This document shows positions 18,897-26,473 of a stretch of 64,000 nucleotides of DNA, one piece after another. How positions within the stretch are numbered: position 1 is the stretch's first letter; each line of letters opens with the position of its first letter. Source of the stretch: Dehalococcoidia bacterium (GTDB lineage: Bacteria; Chloroflexota; Dehalococcoidia; UBA2979). The notes under the pieces were generated by a model. That model had not been told where the DNA came from and ran no database searches. It worked only from the letters and a program-made list of their open reading frames with translations. A program made the position numbers and the translations under genes. Where the stretch lies: assembly GCA_965219085.1 (NCBI GenBank), contig OZ244720.1, positions 1,184,001 to 1,248,000 of the forward strand. Reading direction: 5' to 3'.

Positions 18897-20120
18897 ATGG
18901 CCTTGTACCTGGGCGATGACTGGTCCGAAGACCACCACGACGTCCATCTCATGAACGACGCGGGCGAGCGGCTCGCCGCCCGGCGTCTGCCCGAAGGGGT
19001 GGAGGGCATCACTGCCCTGCACGGACTGGTCGCCGGGTACGCCTCAGGGCCGGGTGAGGTGATCGTCGGCATCGAGACGGACCGCGGCCCCTGGGTCGCG
19101 GCACTGCTCGCGGCCGGCTACCACGTCTACGCCATCAACCCGCGCTCGGCGTCGCGTTACCGCGACCGCCACCACGTCGGCGGCGCCAAGTCCGACGCCG
19201 GCGACGCGAAGCTGCTCGCCGACCTCGTCCGCACCGACCGGCACAACCACCGGGAGGTCGCCGGCGACAGCGACGAAGCCGCCGCGGTGCGCATCCTCGC
19301 CCGCGCCCACCAGCAGTTGATCTGGGACCGCGTCCGCCAGACCAACCGGCTGCGCAACGCGCTCAGGGAGTACTTTCCGGGTGCGCTGGAGGCCTTCCCC
19401 GACCTCGCGCACGACGACGCGGTGGGCGTGCTGGCGACAGCGCCTGGCCCGCGCGAGGCGGCGCGGCTGAGCATCACCCAGATCCGCTCCGCGCTGCGCC
19501 GCGGCGGCCGCCGGCGCAACATCGAGCGGCGCGCCGCCGAGGTCCGCGACGCGCTGCGCTCACCGCAGCTCGAGGCTCCGCCCGCGGTGAGCAAGGCATT
19601 CGCCGCGAGCACCAGTGCGGCAATGAGGGTGATCGGCGAGATCAACCGTCAGATCAAGGAGCTCGAGGCCGAGCTCGCGAGCCATTTTGAGCAGCACCCG
19701 GACGCCGGTATCTACCGTTCCCTGCCCGGTCTCGGCGTGGTCCTCGGCGCCCGGGTGCTTGGCGAGTTCGGGGATGACCCCGAACGCTACGAGTCGGCGA
19801 AGTCCCGCAGGAACTACGCCGGCACGTCGCCGCTGACGGTAGCATCCGGCCGCAAGCACACCGTGAAAGCCCGCTTCGTCCGCAACCGGCGCCTCTACGA
19901 CGCAGTCGACCAGTGGGCGCTGTGCTCCCTGCAGGCCAGCCCCGGCTGCCGCGAGTTCTACGATCGGCGGCGCGCCGCGGGCGACCTCCACCACCAGGCG
20001 CTCCGCGCCCTCGGCAACCGTCTCGTCGGCTACCTACATGGCTGCCTGAAGCGCCGCTTGCCCTACGACGAGACGACCGCCTGGGGACACCGTTACACCC
20101 ACGAGGACCTCGCTGCTTGA
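18897..20120 (+). CDS. IS110-family DEDD recombinase/transposase
   Basis: GDDWS, GIET, KSDAGDA, SLPGLG, ASG, RALGNRLV; 407 aa intact. Confidence 0.95.
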   Translation: MALYLGDDWSEDHHDVHLMNDAGERLAARRLPEGVEGITALHGLVAGYASGPGEVIVGIETDRGPWVAALLAAGYHVYAINPRSASRYRDRHHVGGAKSDAGDAKLLADLVRTDRHNHREVAGDSDEAAAVRILARAHQQLIWDRVRQTNRLRNALREYFPGALEAFPDLAHDDAVGVLATAPGPREAARLSITQIRSALRRGGRRRNIERRAAEVRDALRSPQLEAPPAVSKAFAASTSAAMRVIGEINRQIKELEAELASHFEQHPDAGIYRSLPGLGVVLGARVLGEFGDDPERYESAKSRRNYAGTSPLTVASGRKHTVKARFVRNRRLYDAVDQWALCSLQASPGCREFYDRRRAAGDLHHQALRALGNRLVGYLHGCLKRRLPYDETTAWGHRYTHEDLAA

Positions 20121-20144
20121 CCCCTTAGCGTCCTGGGGGTGTCT

Positions 20145-20274
20145 TCGTGTACAGCCGCGCCTCCGGGTCCGTGCCGGAACTATGCGTATCGCGGCTGCGC
20201 CGCCGCCCGCGGAAGTCGACATCCGGGTTGCGTCCGCCCAGGGGTGGCTCCTGCTCGTCGCGCGGGCGGTAGCT
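20145..20274 (-). pseudogene. IS5 transposase, middle fragment
   Basis: Manual translation SYRPRDEQEPPLGGRNPDVDFRGRRRSRDTHSSGTDPEARLYTK. Confidence 0.9.
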
Positions 20275-20299
20275 TCTATGAGGGACGGTCTTTCTGCAA

Positions 20300-20610
20300 G
20301 GCCGACGTGGCGGCCTCCTCCTCGGGGCGTGGCGCTCCTCGACATCGGGGCCGATCCGCTCGTGATGTCCCCTGACGGAGCCTGTGCCGAGCTTCTATCC
20401 GCACTCTTTGATGGGCCACGTATCGGGCCCGGTGCATGAAGGCACATCCTGCTTCCAGGGGGCGCTGCCAACTCTTGAACGTCCTTGTTGGACCGCTACC
20501 GCCTCGCAGTCGCCCGTTGCCCGGCATCACGTGCAGTGGTTGGTTTGCTGGGCCTCCTCCCAGGTCCGTCTCAGTCTCGCTCTCCTGGTCGGTTGCTTCG
20601 GCGCCGCGCC
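20300..20610 (-). ncRNA. Seek/bridge RNA of IS1111-type element (3' non-coding region, ends approximate)
   Basis: Minus strand GGCGGTAGC (20503-20495) and TCAAGAG (20478-20472) match the target flanks; CCATC (20414-10) and ATAGAAG (20398-92) match the circle junction. Confidence 0.8.
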
Positions 20611-20613
20611 TTG

Positions 20614-21702
20614 CTACGCGGCCTCCTGCGCCGCGGCGTCGCGCAACGGCTCGTAGACCTCGCCGGTCTTCCACAGCGCGAGCAGCAGCACCGCCAGCCG
20701 CCTCGCGACGCCCACGACGGCGCGCTTCTTCGCGTTACCGGCCCCCGTAGCGGTGTAGCGCTCACCCCAGCGGCGCAGGTCGGTGTCGGGCCCGAAGGGG
20801 CCGAGGATGTAGTGCGCGGCCTGCACCAGCAGCCGCCGCAGGTGCGGATCGCCGCTCTTGCCGATGCCGAGTTGCGGCGTGCGCTCGCCCGAGTCGCGCT
20901 GCCTCGGCACGAGCCCGAGGTAGGCGCCGACCTCGCGGTTCTTCGGGAAGCGCCCAGGATCCTCGATCGTCAGCACGAACGTGAGCGCGGTGATCGGCCC
21001 GACGCCCGTGACCTGGCGCAGCGCCGCGGTCTCGGAGTGAGCCTCGCACAACGCCTCGATCTCGCGGCCGGCCGCCGCGATGCGCGCGGTCAGCTCGCCG
21101 ATCGCCTCCACCAGCGGCAGCAGCGCCGGGCGCAGCCCGTCGGGGATGTGGTCCGCCGTCTTGCGGTGGAACGCCTCGGCCGTGCACGACGGCAACGCGG
21201 CTCCGCAGGCCTTGACGGCCCCGCGCACGTGGTTGATGAGCAGCGTCCGCGAGCGCACCAGCGCGTCGCGGGCGCGCACCACGGCGAGGTCGTGCTGGCT
21301 CGCCTCGCTGCGGTGGCGGATCGGGGCGAGCAACTGGGGGTCGAAGCGCCCCAGCCGCGCCAGCCACTCGGCGTCGAGCCGGTCGGTCTTGCGCTGGCTG
21401 CGGGCGATCAGCGCGACCTGGCGCGGGTTGGCGACGACCACCTCGTGGCCGAGGTCCGCCATGAGGCGGCTCAGCCACGGCGAGCGCGGCCCCGCCTCGA
21501 TCACGACCCGCGATGGGGGGAGGCCGGTCAGCACCATGCCCAGCGCTGCCGTCGTGGTGCGGACGCGCCTCTCACGTACCACCTCCCCGCCGGCGCCGAG
21601 GGCGTGGACGTGGGTGTAGCGGTCGCCCACGTCGAGGCCGATGGTGACCCCTGACCCTTCCTTGCCCTCAATGCTCCACGTCGTTGCGGTATCCTGCTGC
21701 AC
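20614..21702 (-). CDS. IS110-family (IS1111-type) transposase
   Basis: GLDVG, VIEAG, KTDRLDA, VTGVGPITA, YLGLVPRQRDSG, AVVGVARRLA. Confidence 0.95.
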   Translation of the reverse strand: MQQDTATTWSIEGKEGSGVTIGLDVGDRYTHVHALGAGGEVVRERRVRTTTAALGMVLTGLPPSRVVIEAGPRSPWLSRLMADLGHEVVVANPRQVALIARSQRKTDRLDAEWLARLGRFDPQLLAPIRHRSEASQHDLAVVRARDALVRSRTLLINHVRGAVKACGAALPSCTAEAFHRKTADHIPDGLRPALLPLVEAIGELTARIAAAGREIEALCEAHSETAALRQVTGVGPITALTFVLTIEDPGRFPKNREVGAYLGLVPRQRDSGERTPQLGIGKSGDPHLRRLLVQAAHYILGPFGPDTDLRRWGERYTATGAGNAKKRAVVGVARRLAVLLLALWKTGEVYEPLRDAAAQEAA

Positions 21703-21814
21703 GGCCGGTCTCCTACCTCGTCAAAGCTCCGCAAAGAGCCGTTCTGGCCCATCGAGGCCGCTGTTTCGGGGGCGAGTATCCCCCTTGAGGAAGAGACCGG
21801 CCCTCATGCCATCT

Positions 21815-22285
21815 CTTGAGCGACGCCCACGCCTCGAGCAGCGTCCCGTCCACCGTGAAGTGCTCGGCCGAGAGCAGCCGGCGGCGCTTTGCCTCGGCCA
21901 CCACCTCGGCGAAGAAGGCGCGCGCGACATCGGCTGCGAGCAGGCGCTCGCGGTTCTTGGAGAAGCTCGAGGCGTCGAACGGCGCGTCTGAGATGTTGAG
22001 GTCCAAGAACCACTTGAAGAGCAGGTCGTAGCGCAGCCGCTCGCTGAACTGGCGCTCGCTGCGGATCGAGTAGAGCGCGATCAGCAGGCTCGCCTTGAGC
22101 AGGTGCTCGGGCGGGATCGAGGGCCGCCCGCTCGTTGCGTACATCGTGCCGAAGAGCGGCGAGAGCCGCTGCAGCGCTGCATCGACGATCGGCTTGATGC
22201 GTCGGATCGGGTGGTCGTCCGGGATGAAGGAGTCCGGCGTCACCGCCAGCAACATGTTGGTCTGACGCTCAGCGTCGCCTCGCAC
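21815..22285 (-). pseudogene. IS5 transposase, N-terminal fragment
   Basis: DHPIRRI, GRPSIPPEHLLKA, SIRSERQ, HFTVDGTLLEAWASLK. Confidence 0.9.
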
Positions 22286-22516
22286 GGGGCTGCCTCCCAG
22301 GCTACGCCCCCGCCGCCTTCGCTATCCTGCCAGATGGCCGCGCCTTTTTCAGCACCCTGCTAGGCTCCCCACCTGGGGCCGAACGCAAGAATCGGGGAGC
22401 CGCCGCGGCGGCTCCCCGGCGTCACCTCCGTGGCGCGGCCGAGGGCGATCCGGGTGGCGACGCAGCCCCACCCGAGCGCAAAGACGACTACCAGCCGTAA
22501 TCGGAGAGTGATTCTT

Positions 22517-22672
22517 ACAGGCTGTAGCACGTGCTTATAGGGTATACATACAGGCCATAGCACGTGCTTCCGAGCGTCGACCGACTGGTTGTCCCCCTCG
22601 GTCTGAGCCCCTATAGCGGACGCGACAGGCTGTAGCACGTGCTTATAGCGTGATATACACGTTGTAGCCTGT
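22517..22672. repeat. Three 20-24 bp direct repeats plus inverted half-site; probable operators
   Basis: ACAGGC(TG/CA)TAGCACGTGCTT at 22517, 22550, 22625; AGCCTGT at 22666-72 abuts -10 TACTAT. Confidence 0.75.
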
Positions 22673-22683
22673 ACTATCGACCT

Positions 22684-23154
22684 ATGCCTTCCTCGAACGC
22701 GCACGCACGATCACGGCTCGATGCCCGTTTGAGCCTGCTTCGGCCGCTCAGCCGGGAGCCGCTTCCGCACGCCGGGTGGATCCGGGCGATCCGCCAGGCA
22801 CTCGGCATGTCCGGCAGGGAGTTGGGAGACCGGTTGGGAGTCAGTCAGCAGACCATCCCCAACATCGAGCGCAGCGAACAACGCGGCGCCATCAAGCTGG
22901 AGACGTTGCGACGCGCCGCTGACGCTCTCGACTGCGATCTCGTGTACGCGCTCGTGCCCCGCCGCAGTCTGGATGAGCTCGTCATGGCGCAGGCCCGCCG
23001 CAAGGCGACCGATCACCTCCGGCCGATAGCGCACCACAGCCGACTCGATGATCAGGCGGTCACCGGCACGGATGCCGCGGCCCAGATCGACGAACTCGCG
23101 GCTCACTTCGTCGATCGCAGGGGCCTCTGGACCGAGTCGACAGCGCCGCGATAG
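22684..23154 (+). CDS. Mobile mystery protein A (XRE-family HTH)
   Basis: GWIRAIRQALGMS..ELG.RLGVSQ..IERSE..G.I.L.TLRRAA.ALDC.LVYALVP. Confidence 0.9.
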   Translation: MPSSNAHARSRLDARLSLLRPLSREPLPHAGWIRAIRQALGMSGRELGDRLGVSQQTIPNIERSEQRGAIKLETLRRAADALDCDLVYALVPRRSLDELVMAQARRKATDHLRPIAHHSRLDDQAVTGTDAAAQIDELAAHFVDRRGLWTESTAPR

Positions 23155-23586
23155 CCCGCGCGGCTCCTCGACGACAAGTACCTGCGCGATCTGCACGCTG
23201 CCATGTTCGGCGACGTCTGGAACTGGGCGGGCCGCTATCGGACTCTCGAAACCAACATCGGCGTCGCTCCGCACCGGATCGCAGCGGACATCCGGCTCAT
23301 GGTCGGAGACACCCGAGCGTGGGTGGAACACGACACGTACGGTTCCGACGAGCTGGCGGTGAGGTTCCACCACCGTCTCGTCGAGATTCATCCGTTCGCG
23401 AACGGCAACGGACGCCTCGGTCGAGTCGCCGCCAACTACCTGATCCGGGGTCTCGGAGCCGAAGCCTTCAGCTGGGGAGCCCGCGCCGACCTCGAGACCG
23501 ACGCGCTCCGGGGCGCCTATCGCCGCGCGCTTCAGCGCGCGGATGCCGGCGAGATCGCCGAGCTGCTGGCGTTCGCGCGCACCTGA
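23155..23586 (+). pseudogene. Mobile mystery protein B (Fic domain), N-terminally truncated
   Basis: LH..MFGDVWNWAGRYR and intact HPFANGNGRLGR; homology starts right after the mmA stop with no start codon until 23203. Confidence 0.75.
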
Positions 23587-23663
23587 TCCCGCCCCTCGGC
23601 CGCCCGCTCAGGGCGCCGAGGGGTCATACGCGTCGGCGATCGTCGGAGGGCTACACTGGATGG

Positions 23664-23844
23664 GTGGAGGCGACCCTTGCCACCGTGCCAAGAGACCGAG
23701 CAACGCCCACCACAGCCGTTCACCCTCGAATCGGTGTACGGGTCCGTGCAGCCCTCTGCGGCTCCGGAGGACTCCGACCAGTTGGTGCGTGACGCCAAGG
23801 ACGCGAAGGCCGAGCGAACCGTGCGGGAGCTGCGCGAGTCGTAG
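23664..23844 (+). pseudogene. Remnant of an AbrB/MazE-like antitoxin
   Basis: -10 TACACT 6 nt before GTG; second frame reads PFTLESVYGSVQP...VRDAKDAKAERTVRELRES*. Confidence 0.35.
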
Positions 23845-23849
23845 CCCGC

Positions 23850-26366
23850 TCAGGGCACCGAAGGCTCGTACGTGTCGCCGATGTGCCCGAGTTCCTCGAA
23901 CCGCCGGTACTCCGCGTCGCTGAAGCCCAGCAACTCCCTGTAGACGTACTCGTTGTCCTCACCCAGCAGCGGCGCGTGGCGCGGCGCGAACTCCGGGATG
24001 GCGCTGCCGCTCCATGAGCGGCCGACGTGGCGGTACGTGTCCGTCTCCGGGTGCGGGACCTCGTGGAGGAAGCCGCGCGCCTGGTGGTGCGGATCCTCGT
24101 ACACGTCCGCCTCGGTCATCACCGGCGCGGCCGGCACGCCGACGCGCTGCAGGCGGTGCGCGATCCAGTAGCGGTCACGCGGCGAGGTCCACTCGCTGAC
24201 GATCGCATCGAGCTCCGCGCGGTTCGCGAGCCGCGCGGCCATGTCGGCAAAGCGCGGGTCCTCGATGAGGTCCTCGCGGCGCATCGACTCGCACAGCCGC
24301 CGCCACTCCTCCTCGCTGCGCACGGCGATGGCGACCCAGCGGTCGAGGCCCTGGCACGGGTAGGCGTTGTGCGGCGCCATCCACACGTCGTTGTTGCCCA
24401 TCTGCTCCCAGGTGCGGCCATTCATCGAATAGTCGAGCACGAACTCGCCGATCAGCGGGACGAAGTTCTCCGTCGTCGCCTGCTCGATCAGCAGGCCGTG
24501 GCCGGTGCGGTCCCGGTAGCGCAGCCCCATCGTGAACGAGAAGGCCGCGCCGGCCCCGCCCGCCGCGTCGGAGGGCACCCCGAGCGGGACGTACTCGAGG
24601 CTGAGCCCGGGGTAGGAGCGGATGGCGGGGTGGCCGGAGAACGCCTCCATGTGCATGCCCATGCTGCGCAGGTTGCGGTACGGCCCCTGCAGGCCGTAGC
24701 CGGGCATGCGCAGCATGACGAAGCGGGGGTTGATCGCCGACAGCCGCTCCCAGTTGACGTCCAGACGCTCGATGTTCTGCGGCAGGTTGTTCTCAATCAG
24801 CCCGTCCGAGACCGCGACGAGGCGCTCGAACACCTCCTGCCCCTCGGGCCGGGAGAGGTCGATCGTCATCGAGAGCTTGTTGCGGGAGTGGTGGTTGAAG
24901 GCGGACGAGCGATTCCACGGCCGCTCGCCGGCGTCGGCGTCGGGGTAGCCGAGGCCGGCCGTGCTCAGCATCTGGGCAGTCACGATCTCCGGCGAGGGGC
25001 GCGCCATCAGCCCGCGCGTCGCGTTGGCGAAGTGCTGCAGCGACTCGACGCGGATCACCTCGGCGCCCCACTCCGCGAGGTGCATCGTCGAGTAGGGCCC
25101 GGCGAGCACCACGGTGAAGTCGAGGATGCGCACGCCCTCGAGCGGGAGCCGCCCCGTGGCGCCTGCGGGCGGCACGGTCGGCGCCTCGCGAGGCGCCGGA
25201 GCGGGCTCGCCGAGCACCTCGGCGGTGTGCTCGCCGAGCAGGGGGGCGCGGCGTCGCGGCGGCATCGGCTCGTCGGGCCGGTACAGCGTCGCCGAGTAGC
25301 CGGGGTAGGCGAGGGGTCCCGTCTCCGGGTGGTCGATCTCCTGGAAGAAGCCACGATGGCGGAAGTTGGCGTCCTCGAGCATGTCGGCGACGGTGTTGAT
25401 CGGCCCGCCGAGCACGCCGTGCTCGATGCACGCCTCGGTGATCTCGGCCTTGGTGTGCGAGATCATCCACGGGATCAGGTACTGGTTGAACTGGTCGATG
25501 CGCTCCGGCTGCGCACGTGACTCGATGGTCGCCCACTCCGGCTGCTCCAGCAGCTCGGGCTGCTCGATCATGCGGATGACGCCTTCGAGGCGCACCGGCC
25601 CGCCGCTCAGCATGTAGAAGCCGTCGCCGCACGGGAACGTGCCGCTTCCCACCGCCGATGCCAGCGGCGGGCGCGTGCCGTAGCTGCCCGTGTACTGGTA
25701 CATCATCAGCCGCGCCAGCCGCAGGTCGATCGAGTGCGTGGCCGTCTCGAGGAGCGAGAGGTCGACGTGCTGGCCCTCGTCGCCGGCCTCGGCGGCGCGC
25801 AGCGCGAGCGACGTGGCGAGCGCGCCGACGATGCCGCCGTGGAAGAGCGTCATGTGGCCGGCGTTCTTGAGGGGCTCGTGGTCGACATCGCCCGAGGCGA
25901 TCATCGGGCCGCCCATCGCGTAGAGCGTGAGGTCGGTGACCTGGTAGTCGCGGTACGGCCCGTCCTGTCCGAAGTTCGTCATCGACGTCAGCACGACGCG
26001 CGGGTTCACTTCGCGCAGCGCCTCGTAGCCGAGGCCGAGCCGCTCCATCGTGCCCGGCGGGAAGCTCTCGACCACGGCGTCTGCGCCGGCGACGAGGCCG
26101 AGCAGCCGCTCGCGGTCCTCGGAGCGCTCGAGGTCGAGCACGACGCTGCGCTTGTTGGTGTTGAGGAACAGGAACACGGCCGAGCGCTCGGGGCCGGGCA
26201 CGTCCTGGTGGAACGGGGGCTGCATCCGCGCCGGGTCGCCTCCGGGCGGCTCGATCTTGATCACGTCGGCGCCGTAGTCGCCGAGCAGGCGGGTGGCGAA
26301 CGGGCCGGCCTCACCCTGCGTCAGGTCGATAATGGTCACGTCGTCGAGCGGCATCACGTCGGGCAT
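23850..26366 (-). CDS. Family III CoA-transferase (CaiB/BaiF), two tandem domains
   Basis: AGPFATRLLGDYGADVIKIEPPGGDP/NTNKRS and second AGPYSTMHLAEWGAEVIRVES/RNKLS; GGAGG before ATG 26366. Confidence 0.92.
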   Translation of the reverse strand: MPDVMPLDDVTIIDLTQGEAGPFATRLLGDYGADVIKIEPPGGDPARMQPPFHQDVPGPERSAVFLFLNTNKRSVVLDLERSEDRERLLGLVAGADAVVESFPPGTMERLGLGYEALREVNPRVVLTSMTNFGQDGPYRDYQVTDLTLYAMGGPMIASGDVDHEPLKNAGHMTLFHGGIVGALATSLALRAAEAGDEGQHVDLSLLETATHSIDLRLARLMMYQYTGSYGTRPPLASAVGSGTFPCGDGFYMLSGGPVRLEGVIRMIEQPELLEQPEWATIESRAQPERIDQFNQYLIPWMISHTKAEITEACIEHGVLGGPINTVADMLEDANFRHRGFFQEIDHPETGPLAYPGYSATLYRPDEPMPPRRRAPLLGEHTAEVLGEPAPAPREAPTVPPAGATGRLPLEGVRILDFTVVLAGPYSTMHLAEWGAEVIRVESLQHFANATRGLMARPSPEIVTAQMLSTAGLGYPDADAGERPWNRSSAFNHHSRNKLSMTIDLSRPEGQEVFERLVAVSDGLIENNLPQNIERLDVNWERLSAINPRFVMLRMPGYGLQGPYRNLRSMGMHMEAFSGHPAIRSYPGLSLEYVPLGVPSDAAGGAGAAFSFTMGLRYRDRTGHGLLIEQATTENFVPLIGEFVLDYSMNGRTWEQMGNNDVWMAPHNAYPCQGLDRWVAIAVRSEEEWRRLCESMRREDLIEDPRFADMAARLANRAELDAIVSEWTSPRDRYWIAHRLQRVGVPAAPVMTEADVYEDPHHQARGFLHEVPHPETDTYRHVGRSWSGSAIPEFAPRHAPLLGEDNEYVYRELLGFSDAEYRRFEELGHIGDTYEPSVP

Positions 26367-26473
26367 TGCGAGGACCTCCGCGCGGAGTGTACGAGACGGG
26401 CGCGAGGGTACTCCGCCGCGACCCCCGTTTGCAGCGGTTGCCACGTTGCCACATCACGGCTATCGAGGGGCCC

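Larger units (their letters stand above)
18647..20144 (+). mobile_element. IS110-family element (IS110 group, 5' non-coding end), 1498 bp
   Basis: CT core at 18645-46 and 20143-44; removal rejoins IS5 codons YTK-GSG in frame. Confidence 0.92.
20275..21814 (-). mobile_element. IS1111-type (IS110 family) element, 1540 bp
   Basis: Sub-terminal IRs ATGAGGGACGGTCT (20278-91) / AGACCGGCCCTCAT (21794-807); CT core at 20273-74 and 21813-14; removal rejoins SLK-SYRP in frame. Confidence 0.92.
18028..22359 (-). mobile_element. IS5-family element (1294 bp when reconstructed) carrying two nested IS110-family insertions
   Basis: Terminal IRs CAGGCTGCTGAAGAA (18028) / TTTTTCAGCACCCTG (22345-22359); CTAG duplicated at 18024-18027 and 22360-22363. 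Confidence 0.92.

Noticed and set aside
20171-20274. GTGCCG as a group II intron 5' end
   Set aside because: Sequence is fully explained as the IS5 transposase middle fragment; no RT gene
22517-22672. Possible mini-CRISPR array
   Set aside because: Only three 20-24 bp repeats with very unequal gaps (9 and 55 nt), no cas genes; operator interpretation fits better
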